The notes under the pieces were generated by a model. That model was not told the origin of the DNA. It did not search any database and saw nothing but the letters and a program-made list of their open reading frames with translations. The position numbers were made by a program, and so were the translations under genes. A stretch of DNA of 64,000 bases from positions 217,516-281,515 of the forward strand of contig JADKKK010000003.1 of assembly GCA_016720545.1 (NCBI GenBank), read 5' to 3'. Positions 43,638 through 54,400 of the stretch are shown here, piece after piece; within the stretch, counting starts at the first letter, position 1, and every line of letters begins with the position of its first letter. This DNA is from Myxococcales bacterium. GTDB taxonomy: Bacteria > Myxococcota_A > Polyangia > Polyangiales > Polyangiaceae.

Positions 43638-46286
43638 CTACCTCTTGGTGGGCGGCGGTACGGGGCTCGTGGGCAAGAACCGGAAGCCCCGCGGGGCCAG
43701 CGGCTTGGCGACCGCGTAGAGCGTGGTCGCGTCGTAGCTCGCGTGGGGCGGCGCAGACGTGCCGCTCCGGTGCCAGGACACGGGCTCGGCCACGCCCCGC
43801 TCGAGCTGCACCACCCGCTCACAGCCGAGCGCGACGAGCGCCTCCACCGGCCCTCGGCCGGCGGCGGACGCGCGTGCAATATACACATTGCCGCTGGCGA
43901 TCCCGAGCGCTGCGCGCGCGGGGCGATCACCGACGGCGCGCCCCTCGTCGGCGAGGAGGGGGAGCTCGGCGTAGTCGTGGTGAGCGAGGTCGGCGGGGAG
44001 CTCGCGGGCGAGCTGGATGGCGAGCGCGCCGTCTTCGCGCGCGACCAGGAGGGCGCGTCCTTCCCCGCTCGCGGCGGCGGTAGGCGCCGCGGCGTGCGGC
44101 GAGTGCACGACGCGGCCGTCGGTCGCGAGCCCCCACGGCCGCTTCTCCGGCGACGTGCCCAGCGTGAGCGCGAAGAGGGCGCGCTTCGCGTCGGCCTCCC
44201 CGAGCTCGTGGAGCGCCTCGCCCGAGGCGCCCGAGGGCTCTCGTTTTCCGCCGCGAATTCGATAGGTTGCGCGACCGGAAGACACGAGCGAGACCTCGAC
44301 CCCGAGGGCGGTGCGCGTGGACCAGACCCCCGGGTGCCACGCGGGGGCGGGCTGCGTGCCCGCCTCGGGCGCCCACGGGCGCGCGCCCTCGAGCGGGGGC
44401 GGCGTGGGGTCGCTCACCATCATGTAGAAGAAGTCCTTCGGGGAGAACTCGATGAAGCGGTCGGGTGAGATCTCCATCTGGTTCGTGAGCAGCTCGGTCT
44501 TGTAGGCCTTGCCCTTGATCTCGGTGATGTTGGTGAACACGAGCCCGGTGTGGTGCGGGTTCATGTCGAGGTGCATGCCGTAGACGCAGCCGGCCATCTT
44601 CATGGCCTTGCCGAGGGTGTTCGCGGAGACGTCGTCGCCCCACGCGTAGAGCATGTGCCCGGCGGGCGTGACGCAGATGCCCGAGCGCTCGGTCTGCATG
44701 CTGGTGCCGGGGAGCGTGAACCCCCACAGCGAGCGACCGGTAGGGTTCACCTTGTCGCCGTCGAGGAGCGGGTCGAGGTTCTGGCGGAAGGAGAGGATGT
44801 CCCCGTCGTCGATCCCGGCGAGCCCCGAGACCTTGGTCGTGTTGCCCCAAGAGCCCATCCCCACGCGGCCGTCCTTCAGGAGGACGACGGCGGCCGCACC
44901 CGGCTGGGGCGGCAGCAGCACGCGCCGACGGACCATCATGCCGTAGCTGCCGTGCTCGGTCTTGAAGCCGCCGTTGAACGCGGCGGCGACGCGCCCGAAC
45001 ACCGCCTTCTCGCGCGGAATGCGGCCCGCGCCCGGTGGACCGACGGCCGGCTTGGGGTCCTCCATGCCGCCCTCCATGCCGAGGTCGAGTTGGCGCATGT
45101 CCATCGCGACGAGGAGCACCTTCGCGTAGGGGCGCTCCTCGTCCGAGCGGACGAACGTGCGGTAGAACATGCTCGGCGCCGTGGCCTGGCCGGGCACCCC
45201 CGGAAAGCTGGGGAAGCGCTTCAGCCAGGCCTGCGTGGGGACCACCCAGGCGCCCTCGCCCTCCTGCGGGTTCTTCCAGATCGACGGGATGTCCGCGGGA
45301 GGAAAGCCCGCGCCTCCCTCCCCCGCTTCGGCGGCATCGAGGAGCTTCGGAGGGGGCGGCGCGGCCTTCGCGAGCTCGCTGCCCTCGGCGCCACCGCCGA
45401 CCTTGAACGACAAGCGGCGGGCCTGATCACGCGCGTAGAACGCGCGCTCCTCGAGCCACGCGATGGGCGCAGGCCCGATCTCGGGCATCGCGCGGACGGT
45501 GTCGACCGCCCAGAAGATGGGGCGCTTCGGGAGGTGCTGGACGGCCTGCGCGTGGACGCCCTCGGCCTCGGGGACGACCTCGCGCGTGGCGCCGTCGAGG
45601 CGCGCGCTGCGGGCGCTCGCGCCGTCGGCGAGGGACACCCGGAGCCCTCCCTCGTCGAGCGCGAGCCCGAGACGCGGAGTGGGCAACTCGAGGGTCAGAT
45701 CGACGCGACCGATGCCTGCGAAAGAGCCGGTCTGCTGGTAGTTCGTGACCGCCGACATGACGCGGTCAGCGGCGTGCGTGGCGAGGTTCTGTGGGCCTTC
45801 GCCGGCGAGGTCGAGGTAGCTGACGCTCTGCTCCTGGCCAAACGCGTACGTGGCGTAGGCCGCCTTGTCTCCGAGGAGGACGAGCGCGTGGTCGTCGCCG
45901 AGGTCCGTGGCGGTGAGGTTCCTCGCGTCCACCACCTCGAGCACGCGCCCCTCGGGAGTGACGCGAACGCGCGCGCGAAAGAGGTCGCGCGGAGCGTCCT
46001 TGGCGGCACCGGCGAGGAACAGCACGCGGCGCCCGAACAGCGCGTCGAGCGCGGCGCCGCGGCTCGCCTCCCAGCGGTAGTCTCCGCTCCCGACGACCCG
46101 ACCCGTCGCGCGGCCGAGGAGCAGCGCGACGCCCGCAGAGGAGGCCTCGACGGGCGAGGGGCGGGCCAGGGCCACGACGACGCCGAGCGCCGAGAACGCC
46201 GCGAGGGCGGCGCGGCGGCTAGCGAGGGCGGCGGTCGGCGAGGCGGGCGGAGCGGTCACGGCGTGCCTACATTGGACACGTTGCAT
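43638..46286 (-). CDS. Large secreted protein with phosphodiester-glycosidase-like (DUF2233/NAGPA-like) C-terminal region
   Basis: It has an N-terminal hydrophobic signal region and consistent coding composition over 882 aa. The domain call is pattern-level only. Confidence 0.5.
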   Translation of the reverse strand: MQRVQCRHAVTAPPASPTAALASRRAALAAFSALGVVVALARPSPVEASSAGVALLLGRATGRVVGSGDYRWEASRGAALDALFGRRVLFLAGAAKDAPRDLFRARVRVTPEGRVLEVVDARNLTATDLGDDHALVLLGDKAAYATYAFGQEQSVSYLDLAGEGPQNLATHAADRVMSAVTNYQQTGSFAGIGRVDLTLELPTPRLGLALDEGGLRVSLADGASARSARLDGATREVVPEAEGVHAQAVQHLPKRPIFWAVDTVRAMPEIGPAPIAWLEERAFYARDQARRLSFKVGGGAEGSELAKAAPPPPKLLDAAEAGEGGAGFPPADIPSIWKNPQEGEGAWVVPTQAWLKRFPSFPGVPGQATAPSMFYRTFVRSDEERPYAKVLLVAMDMRQLDLGMEGGMEDPKPAVGPPGAGRIPREKAVFGRVAAAFNGGFKTEHGSYGMMVRRRVLLPPQPGAAAVVLLKDGRVGMGSWGNTTKVSGLAGIDDGDILSFRQNLDPLLDGDKVNPTGRSLWGFTLPGTSMQTERSGICVTPAGHMLYAWGDDVSANTLGKAMKMAGCVYGMHLDMNPHHTGLVFTNITEIKGKAYKTELLTNQMEISPDRFIEFSPKDFFYMMVSDPTPPPLEGARPWAPEAGTQPAPAWHPGVWSTRTALGVEVSLVSSGRATYRIRGGKREPSGASGEALHELGEADAKRALFALTLGTSPEKRPWGLATDGRVVHSPHAAAPTAAASGEGRALLVAREDGALAIQLARELPADLAHHDYAELPLLADEGRAVGDRPARAALGIASGNVYIARASAAGRGPVEALVALGCERVVQLERGVAEPVSWHRSGTSAPPHASYDATTLYAVAKPLAPRGFRFLPTSPVPPPTKR

Positions 46287-46296
46287 GGCTCGTCAA

Positions 46297-46734
46297 GTTC
46301 ATCGCGACACCTCGCCTTCGGCTCGGGGTCGCCATCGACCTTCGTTCGCCCCTTCGGGGCTCACTTCGAGGTTCATCGCGACACCTCGCCTTCGGCTCGG
46401 GGTCGCCATCGACCTTCGTTCGCCCCTTCGGGGCTCACTTCGAGGTTCAGCGCGACACCTCGCCTTCGGCTCGGGGTCGCCATCGACCTTCGTTCGCCCC
46501 TTCGGGGCTCACTTCGAGGTTCATCGCGTCACCTCTCCTTCCGCTCGGGGTCGCCATCGACCTTCGTTCGCCCCTTCGGGGCTCACTTCGAGGTTCATTG
46601 CGACACCTCTCCTTCGGCTCGGGGTCGCCATCGACCTTCGTTCGCCCCTTCGGGGCTCACTTCGAGGTTCATCGCGTCACCTCTCCTTCCGCTCGGGGTC
46701 GCCATCGACCTTCGTTCGCCCCTTCGGGGCTCAC
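46297..46734. repeat. 74-bp tandem repeat array, ~6 copies, each with a GCCCC-TTC-GGGGC hairpin
   Basis: Unit starts at 46297, 46371, 46445, 46519, 46593 and 46667 give an exact 74-bp period with a few substitutions between copies. It sits in the divergent promoter region between the 882-aa gene (ATG 46286) and the FIST gene (ATG 46832). The period is not a multiple of 3. Confidence 0.85.
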
Positions 46735-46831
46735 GTGCCGGTTCTGCGGCCGCGCGCTCAGCCGTAACCAAACGGAGACGCAGCAGCGCTTGCCTCGGGC
46801 GCCGGTCCTTGCTCTCTTGCCAGCGGGGGAC

Positions 46832-48031
46832 ATGACGCTCTTTTCGTCCGCAGTTTCCTGCGCACCGATCCTCGTTGACGCGCTCGACGAGGCCATGGCG
46901 CGCGCGCGCGCCGACCTCGGCGATCACACGCCGTCGCTCGCGATCGTGTTCGCCAGCGATGGCTATGCTTCGCTCGAGGCGGTCGCGGGGCGTGTCGCTG
47001 AGCACCTCCCGGGGGTGCCCTTCGTCGGCGGCACGTCGGGCGGGTGCGTGTTCGACACGACGCGCTTCGGCTACATGGGCGTGTGCGTGGCGCTCCTCGC
47101 CGGGGGCGACCTGCGCGTCGAGACGCGCGCCGTGCCGATCGTGAGCGGGGAGCTGCTCGAGGTCGCGACGGCCGCCGAAGAGCTGCGCCTCCTCGCCGAC
47201 GCGCACGCAGAGGAGGGGCGCGGGGAGCTCACGTGCCTCGCCTTCGCGCCGAGCCGCGGCATCGTCGGCGACGCGCTCGTCGCGGCGCTCAAGAAGGGCG
47301 CGACCGCGCGCGCTCAGCTCGTCGGCGGCCTGCTGGCGCAAGAGGGGAGCATGTCGGGCGGTCGCGTCTGGTCCAGCGGGGGCGTGAGCGAGGCCCACGT
47401 GGTGCTCGCGGGCCTCTACACGGAGCGCCCGCTCGGCGTCGCGGTGCGGCACGGCTGGACGCCCATCGGCGACACCCACCGCGTGACCCGCGCCGACGGG
47501 GCGCGCCTGCACGAGCTCGACGGGCGCCCGGCGCTCGACGTGTGGCTCGAAGAGGCGACCCGCCACGGGGGGGAGCCGCTTCCTGGTGAAGCCGGCTCGC
47601 TCGCTCTCCATCTCGCGGCTCGCTACGAGCTCGCGATCTTGGGCACCGAGGCGCACCTGGACGGCGAGCCGATCGTGCGCGGCTCGCGCGTGATCCACGA
47701 CGACCGCACCGTCGAGCTGTTCGGGAGCGTGCCCGAGGGCGCCCAGGTGCGCTTCGTCACGGCCACCGAGGGGTCGCTGTTCGCCGCCGCGAAGTACGCG
47801 GCGGAGCACGCGCTCGGGAAGGTCGCCCGCGCGTCGGGTGCGCTGGCGCTCACCTGCGCGGGGCGCGCGTTCGTGCTCGGCGACCGGTACCGCCTCGAGC
47901 CCGAGCTCCTCGCCGCGACGCTCGGGGTCCCGGTGGGTGGCACCACCGTGACCGGCGAGATCGCGCTCGCGCGCCGCGCCGCGGACGGCTTCTACAACTC
48001 GACGGCCGTCTTGCTCGTGTTCCCTCGCTAA
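46832..48031 (+). CDS. FIST-domain sensory protein
   Basis: It has FIST N- and C-domain-like sequence and no TM. The ATG at 46832 is in frame. The upstream part of the track ORF is a translation of the 74-bp repeats. Confidence 0.65.
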   Translation: MTLFSSAVSCAPILVDALDEAMARARADLGDHTPSLAIVFASDGYASLEAVAGRVAEHLPGVPFVGGTSGGCVFDTTRFGYMGVCVALLAGGDLRVETRAVPIVSGELLEVATAAEELRLLADAHAEEGRGELTCLAFAPSRGIVGDALVAALKKGATARAQLVGGLLAQEGSMSGGRVWSSGGVSEAHVVLAGLYTERPLGVAVRHGWTPIGDTHRVTRADGARLHELDGRPALDVWLEEATRHGGEPLPGEAGSLALHLAARYELAILGTEAHLDGEPIVRGSRVIHDDRTVELFGSVPEGAQVRFVTATEGSLFAAAKYAAEHALGKVARASGALALTCAGRAFVLGDRYRLEPELLAATLGVPVGGTTVTGEIALARRAADGFYNSTAVLLVFPR

Positions 48032-48079
48032 ATCAGCGGTCATGAAAACGAGGGGGGCGAACGGGGAGAAGGCGCGCCG

Positions 48080-49162
48080 TCAGCCGCGAAGCAGCGCGCG
48101 GAGCTCGGCCGGCAGCTCGCTCGACACGTCGAACGAGAGCCCCACCGTCGCGGTCTCGAGCGACAGCCTCGACGCGTGCAGCGCGTGACGGGCAAGCCCC
48201 GGCACGGGCTCGCCGCCGTAGAGCACGTCGCCGACGAGCGGGTGCTCGATGGATGCAAAATGCACGCGAATTTGGTGCCGCAGCGCCTTCGACACGGTCA
48301 CCCGCACGAGCGCATAGGGTCCGGCTCGCTCGACCACGACGTAGTCGGTCGACGCCGGGCGGGGCGCGTAGCGGATGACGTCGCGCGGATGAACACACGC
48401 GTAGACACGACGCTGGTCCTTGGGGTGGTTCGCGAGCGGGAAGGCGATGGTGCCTTCGTCCGGCAAGTGCTCGCCTCGACAGACCAGCAAGTACTCCTTC
48501 ACGAGCGCCTCGCCGTCGAGCGCGGCCTTGAGCTCGTTGAACGCCTCGCGGGTCCGCGCGACGACGAGCAGGCCCGAGGTGTCGTTGTCGAGCCGGTGGA
48601 GCAGGCCCGGATCCCGCGGCGAGTAGCCCAGCGTCGCGGTCTCGGGGTAGCGAAACACGAGGGCGTTCGCGAGCGTGCCCGTCTCGCCCGCGCGGAGCGG
48701 CGCCGTGGGTTGTCCCGCGGGCTTGTCCACGACCACCACGTGGGCGGACTCGAAGCGCACGTCGAGCGGGGTGTCCTCGGGCACGGCGGGCGCGTCGGGG
48801 CTGGCGAGGTCGGCGAGCTCCATCGAGAGCCGGTCACCGGCGGCGACCACGCCGCCCTTCGGGACGTGCCGGCCGTTGACCCGCACCGCGCCGTCGGCGA
48901 TCGCGGACTTGACCCTCGCGCGTGATGCGCCGGGGATCAGCGCGACAAGCGCCTTGTCGAGGCGCGCGCCGCCGAGCCTCGTCTGGGACCGTGACTTCGT
49001 GGGTGGGCACCGCGCACTCGTACCACGGTTTGCGAGCCACGCCGCTCCGGGAGGCGCTCGACGAGCGCGACGCGCGACGGCCGCGGCCGTCGCGCTCCTT
49101 CTCGAAGGCGAGGGGTGCCGGCGTTGGGCTCCGAAGAGCGACGCACAAACACAACAAATCAT
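48080..49162 (-). CDS. RluA-family pseudouridine synthase with N-terminal S4 domain (RluD-like)
   Basis: The S4 domain reads 'RLDKALVALIPGASRARVKSAIADGAVRVNG'. The catalytic motif is 'HRLDNDTSGLLVVA'. The start is uncertain. The only in-frame ATG (49162) lies in an AT-rich stretch with atypical codons, and a non-ATG start nearer 49040 is possible. Confidence 0.65.
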   Translation of the reverse strand: MICCVCASLFGAQRRHPSPSRRSATAAAVARRARRAPPGAAWLANRGTSARCPPTKSRSQTRLGGARLDKALVALIPGASRARVKSAIADGAVRVNGRHVPKGGVVAAGDRLSMELADLASPDAPAVPEDTPLDVRFESAHVVVVDKPAGQPTAPLRAGETGTLANALVFRYPETATLGYSPRDPGLLHRLDNDTSGLLVVARTREAFNELKAALDGEALVKEYLLVCRGEHLPDEGTIAFPLANHPKDQRRVYACVHPRDVIRYAPRPASTDYVVVERAGPYALVRVTVSKALRHQIRVHFASIEHPLVGDVLYGGEPVPGLARHALHASRLSLETATVGLSFDVSSELPAELRALLRG

Positions 49163-49185
49163 TCGCGATTTATCCTCCGCTGCTG

Positions 49186-50184
49186 CTAGGGCCCGGCGGA
49201 GACCCATGTGCGGAGCGCCCGATCGTCTTCCGGATGCAGGAACGGCGCGACCTCGTCGATGCTTCCCGCGCGCGAGGTGGGCGCGCCGAGCCCAAGGGCC
49301 GCCTGCTTCGCGATCGCGGCGAGGAGTGGGTGCGGCGACTGCACGAGCTCGAGGAGCTCCCGCACGAGCTCGGTAGCGCCAAGCTCCGCCGCCAAGACCG
49401 CGGCGAAGGCGCGCGGATCGGCCTCGGCGCGCGGCGCCCCCCGCAGCGCGGCCCGCAGGACCTCCACCGCGGGGCGCGTAGCGACGCGGGCGGAAGCCCG
49501 CCGGTACCCCGCGCCGTGAAGCCCGAGCCGCCTGTGCGCCTCGGCGGTGTCGAGCCACGCTCGCGCGGCGCCCACGAGGCGCTCCCACTCCGGCTCGGTG
49601 ACGTCGCCCGCGGTCGTACCCTCGAGGTCGAAAGCGAGCGGGGTGGACTGTTCGTCGGCGTAGGCGGTGTGGTAGGCCTCGAGCCTGTCGAGCGGGGCCG
49701 CGCCGGCGGTGCGCCCGTGGAAGGTCTCGCGACCGGTCTCGACGGTGACGAAGCTCGCGAGGGTGTCGGTGTTCCCTCCGTCGCGGGTGTGCGCCATGCG
49801 GACGCGGATGCTGCGCACCGACGACCACATGAGGGCCCGCAGGCCGTCGTGGGCCTCGACGAGGACGCCCCAGGGCACGATCGCGAACGACGCCTGATCG
49901 CCACCGTCGGGGCTCGTGCTCGCGGCGCGACGGAGGAGGAGCCCCGACAAGCCGCCTACGGTGAGCGCGGCGGCGAGACGCACGCCAACGCCCGAAGCGA
50001 GCGCGACGCCGAGGCCCGCCGCCGATCCGGCCAGGAGGAGCGGCCAGGCCCGACGCGAGCTGTAAGGCATCAGTGCGACATAGCGAAAATCGGGCGCCGG
50101 CGGCCTCCGCGCAGGCGCCGAGGGCCCCGCAGACTCGGCGGGAGCCTCGCTCGGAGGGCCGTCGTCTCCCGAAGCCGGTACCAT
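49186..50184 (-). CDS. Hypothetical membrane protein
   Basis: The internal ATG at 50184 was checked. It has TM segments ('AWPLLLAGSAAGLGVALASGVGVRLAAALTVGGLSGLLL'). The upstream 279 aa of the track ORF are antisense to the kinase gene. Confidence 0.45.
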   Translation of the reverse strand: MVPASGDDGPPSEAPAESAGPSAPARRPPAPDFRYVALMPYSSRRAWPLLLAGSAAGLGVALASGVGVRLAAALTVGGLSGLLLRRAASTSPDGGDQASFAIVPWGVLVEAHDGLRALMWSSVRSIRVRMAHTRDGGNTDTLASFVTVETGRETFHGRTAGAAPLDRLEAYHTAYADEQSTPLAFDLEGTTAGDVTEPEWERLVGAARAWLDTAEAHRRLGLHGAGYRRASARVATRPAVEVLRAALRGAPRAEADPRAFAAVLAAELGATELVRELLELVQSPHPLLAAIAKQAALGLGAPTSRAGSIDEVAPFLHPEDDRALRTWVSAGP

Positions 50185-50283
50185 GACGCAAATGTAGCGA
50201 CGCGCGGAGCGGAGGCCAGGCGCGGGCGCAGAATTCGACGATTGCGCCGATACCCCACGCGCGAAGGCGCTAAAATTGCCGTA

Positions 50284-51441
50284 GTGAACTGCGCTCGCTG
50301 CCAGACGCCGCTCGCTCCGGGCACGGCGGTGTGCCCTCAGTGCCGCTCTTTGCAGCGGCGGCGCAGCGCGGGCGTCGGGCCGGGGACGCGGATCGATCGA
50401 GGCTTCGGCACCTACGTGGTGGACGCCCGGCTCGGGGCCGGCGCGATGGGCGTCGTGTGGCGCGCGTGGCTCTTCTTCGCTCCGGACGGTCCCCACGCGG
50501 GCAAACCACCGCAGCTCTTGGCGTTGAAGCAGCTCCGCCATCAGGGGAGCCTCCAGGCGCAGTTTCAGACCTTTTTTCTGCGCGAGGCGGAGGCCCTGCG
50601 GCGGCTCTCCCACCCCAACGTCGTGGCCTTCCACGAGCTCTTCGAGTGGGTCCCCTCGGCGGAGTCGGGGCCTCCCTCGAGCGGGGGGGCAACGCTGACG
50701 CTCGTGCTCGAGTACGTCGAGGGCTCGACGCTCGAGGACGTGATCGTTCGACACGTCGCGCGGGCGCGCCTCGCGGGCCCGGGCGCCCTCCCGGGCGTGC
50801 CATTCCGGCGCGCGTGGTACTACTTCGAGCAGCTCCTCGGCGCGCTCAGCGCGACCCACGCGCTCGACATCGTCCACCGCGACGTGAAGCCGGCGAACCT
50901 GCTCCTTCGCAACGACGGCATCGTGAAGCTGACCGATTTCGGCATCGCGCGGGTGACCGCGCCCACCCCGGAGGAGGCGAAGACCGCGCCCGGCACCGGC
51001 GCCTACATGTCGCCCGAGCAAGTGCTGGGGCAGCCCCTCGACGGCCGCAGCGATCTGTACTCCGCGGCGATCGTGCTGTTCGAGACCCTCACGGGCGTGC
51101 TGCCCTTCCCCACCACCGATCGAACCGAATACGAGGTGCGACGCGACCAGGTCGAGGCGCCGCCGCCACCCCTGCGCGCCTACCTCCCGCAGGCGCCGCG
51201 CGTCCTCGACGACCTCTTCGCCCGCGCGCTGGCCAAGCAGGCAAGCGACCGCTTCCCCACCGCCGAGGCCATGGGCGAGGCCTTCCGTGGCGCGCTTGGG
51301 CTACCCGCCAGCTCGACCTGGGCAGCCCAACGCGAGATGTCCGCGCTCGCGCGGCCCGGCGGCTCGACCGTGAGGCTCGAGCAGGTGCGGGCCGCCCTCG
51401 TGCAGGGCTACCGCACGGCCATGCTCCAGCAGGCGCCCTAG
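50284..51441 (+). CDS. Ser/Thr protein kinase with N-terminal zinc-ribbon
   Basis: It has an N-terminal 'CARCQTPLAPGTAVCPQC' and a Hanks kinase ('HRDVKPANLLL', 'DFGIAR', 'YMSPEQ'). The start is probably the GTG at 50284, since there is no in-frame ATG before the zinc ribbon. Confidence 0.7.
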   Translation: MNCARCQTPLAPGTAVCPQCRSLQRRRSAGVGPGTRIDRGFGTYVVDARLGAGAMGVVWRAWLFFAPDGPHAGKPPQLLALKQLRHQGSLQAQFQTFFLREAEALRRLSHPNVVAFHELFEWVPSAESGPPSSGGATLTLVLEYVEGSTLEDVIVRHVARARLAGPGALPGVPFRRAWYYFEQLLGALSATHALDIVHRDVKPANLLLRNDGIVKLTDFGIARVTAPTPEEAKTAPGTGAYMSPEQVLGQPLDGRSDLYSAAIVLFETLTGVLPFPTTDRTEYEVRRDQVEAPPPPLRAYLPQAPRVLDDLFARALAKQASDRFPTAEAMGEAFRGALGLPASSTWAAQREMSALARPGGSTVRLEQVRAALVQGYRTAMLQQAP

Positions 51442-51490
51442 AGCGCCTTCGATTTGCGGACGTGTGCCGGCGAAGGGCGTCGGTCGCGAG

Positions 51491-54400
51491 CTACCGACGC
51501 GCGCGGAGGACGCGCACCTCGATGGAGGCGCCGCGGTGGTCGGGGTTCAGCGCGAGGACGTCCTCGAACGCCGCGAGGGCGTCCATCTGCCGGCCGAGCG
51601 CCTTCAGGAGCTTGCCTCGGTAGAAGTGCGCGGTCTCACACACGGGGTCGTCGGCGATGATGAGATCGAACTCGCCCACGAACTCGAGCGCCTCGTTCGG
51701 CCGGCTCTGCGAGCGCACCCAGGTGAGCAGCGCGCGGTACTCCGCTTGAGACGGATCCCCCTCGACGGCCTTCTCGGCGAGCACCTCCGCCGACGGGATG
51801 TCGCCGCGCTTCAACGCGGCCTCCGCGAGGCGGAAGTCGGTGACGGCACCGAGCGCGCGCTCCGCGTCGGCGACGCCCTCTTCCTCGATCTCGACCTCGC
51901 CGAGGTCGACCGGGGCGGACTGCTCGGGCCGCGAGGCGAAGGCCGTCGGGCTCGCGGCGACCTGAGGCCGCGGCGCGGGCCGGGGAGGCGCGAAGACGGG
52001 GCGAGCCGCGATCGCGGTCTTCTCGTCGTCGTCGTCGTCGGGTGGCGGCTCCGCGTGCCGGAGGTTCTCACGCGACGGCGGCGGTGGCGGCGGTGGCGGC
52101 GGTGCCGGTGCCTCGGCGGCCGCTGGGCGGATGGGGCGGATCATCGGGCGGCGCCCGCCGGCCGGCAGAGGCGCTCGCACGGCGGGCTGCGCAGGCTGCG
52201 CAGACTGGACAGACTGGACAGACTGGACAGGGGCCGCAGGCGGCGGCGGTGGCGCGGGCGGCGCGGGCTGCACACGCGGGGCGACGGGAGGCGCGGCATG
52301 GACCGGAGGCGCGACCGGCGCGGCGACCGGTGCCGGCGCAGCGTTCGCGGCGCGGGCGGCCATCGGGCCCTTCTTCTGACCCTTGAACGCGAACTGGCGC
52401 GTCACCGCGAAGGTGTAGACAAGAGAGTTGACCACTTCCTCGTCGGTCACCCCTCGATCGATGAGCTCCGCGTACGTGAGGCTCTCCGTGCGCAGCAGGG
52501 CCATGACGGCCTCCTCTTCGCCCGTGAGCACCAGCGACTCGAACGCGCACTCCTCGAAGAAGACGAGCGGGTGCTTCGAGATACGGAGCAGCGTGGCGCG
52601 GATGCGGTCGCGATCGCGCCACTGGCGAGTGGCGGTGAGGATCGCGTTGAGCGCGCCCTGCAGCTCGATGTTCGCAGCGCCCCAGTCGGCGAGCGAGTTG
52701 ACGTTGTAGAAGTACGAGTACGTCGACTCGACGGGCAGGTTCGTGAGGGTCGCGAGGTTCTCGAGCAGCTGCAGCTCGAGGCCGAGACCCACCACCGACT
52801 CGGGCATGCCGACGTTCGCGACGAGGTGCTGCCCGAAGAGGAGCCCAGCCTGCTTCGCCTCGGCCGACAGCGCGTCGAGGCCGGCGCCGTCGAGCTGCTC
52901 GAGCCGCGCGAGCGCCTCGCCCAGCTTGATCCCCCCGTAGGCCAGCCGCACCTTCGCGGGTACGCCAGCGACGAAATAGACCGCGTGCTCGAACTCGCCC
53001 TCCATGAACACCACGGTGCCCGTGAGCGCGTGGTCGAGCATGTACACGAGCACGTGGACCAGCGGGGTCGTCGACAGCACGCCCTCGGCCGTGGGGGTGA
53101 CTCCCTCGGGGCGCATGCGAGCCGCGGGCGCAGGGCGCGGCGGGCGCGCGGCGGGCGCGGCGGGCGCCCGCGCGAAGTCCTGCCCTACGCGCGACGGCGT
53201 AGTGCCGATCGAGGGGCTCGAGCGCTTCAAGTCGCCGCTGCTCGGGCGCATGTTGGCGCTCGAGGTCTTCATGTTGGCGCTCGAGGCCTTCTGGCTGCTC
53301 GGGCTCGACCAGCCGGAGTAGTCCGGTGGAGCGACGGGCGGAGGCGCCGGCGAGACGTCGACGCCGAGCGCGATCGGCGGCCGGTTGGCGCGCGGATCGG
53401 GGAGCGCACTCCGCGCCTCCGCGGGCGGCGGCTCCGGCGCGGGCGCCTGCTGCGGCGGTGTCCAGGCCGCGACCGGGGGTGGCGCTGGCGGCGGCGGCGG
53501 CTCTGGCGGGGGATCCGAGCCGCCTCCTGCGTTGGCCTCTTCCTGGGGGAAGCCCTCGAGGCCCTTCTTCCACCCGTCGATGCTCACCACGCGGTTGATT
53601 TGCCGAGGCGGCTCGCGGGGGTTCGGCTTGCCGAGGTCGATCTCGGCGCCGTTCGCGATCACGCCGCCGCGCGCGTCCATGACGATCTTGAGCTTCGGCT
53701 TGTCGAGCGAGCCCGCGGCGCCACGCGTGACCTCGGCCACTTCGCCTGTCGAGAGCTGCACCACCGTGCCGATGGGGATGAGCCCGAGCGCGGCGACCGC
53801 CATTCGCAGCACGGTCTTGTCGGACGGATCGGTGAGCTCGGCGTCGAGGCTGGCTACCGCGAAGTCGGTGGTGGGCGGCGGGAGGCCGGGCTCCGGCGTG
53901 AGGAGGTCGTTGTAGCGCCGCGCGATGCGCATGATGCGCGCGTGCACCGTCGGCTGGCGCTGCCCGCGGTAGAGCGGCCCAAGCCACTGCTGCCTGCGCA
54001 TCCACTGGGCCTCGTAGGCGACGACGGTGCGCGTGATGGTGGGCTCGTTGACGCGACCGAGGGCCGTAAGGACCGCCGCGGTGCCGGCGGCGAGGCGGTC
54101 TTCCTGGTCCTCCGACAGGGTGGTGGTCGTCATCATCGCGGCGAACTCGCCGGCGTTGGCCTTGCTGAGGGCGAACGCGCGCGGCCTCGCGACGTCATGC
54201 ATCATGGCGGCCATCGCCACCTGGGCGAGCACCACGCGATCGGACGTGACCTCACGCGCGATCGCCACGGCGAGGATCGCCGAGTTGACCGCGCGGCCCG
54301 CTTCGTCGTGGTTCGCGTTACGCACCTCGGTGACCCCCAGGAACGCCGGCGTGGTGCCGTCGGAGAGGTCGACGAGGCTCTGCGCGACGCGTTTGATGCG

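Noticed and set aside
46297-46734. Possible CRISPR array
   Set aside because: The repeats abut directly with no unique spacers. The unit length of 74 bp is outside CRISPR repeat norms. No cas genes are in the window.
46285-46767. 160-aa ORF (and 46598 upstream extension) across the 74-bp repeat array
   Set aside because: The repeat period of 74 is not divisible by 3, so the apparent periodic peptide arises from frame cycling. No signal, ribosome-binding site or codon bias supports it.
48922-51441. 839-aa ORF containing the third kinase
   Set aside because: Only the last 386 codons, a zinc-ribbon plus kinase, are coherent. The upstream 454 aa are antisense to the RluA-family and membrane-protein genes.
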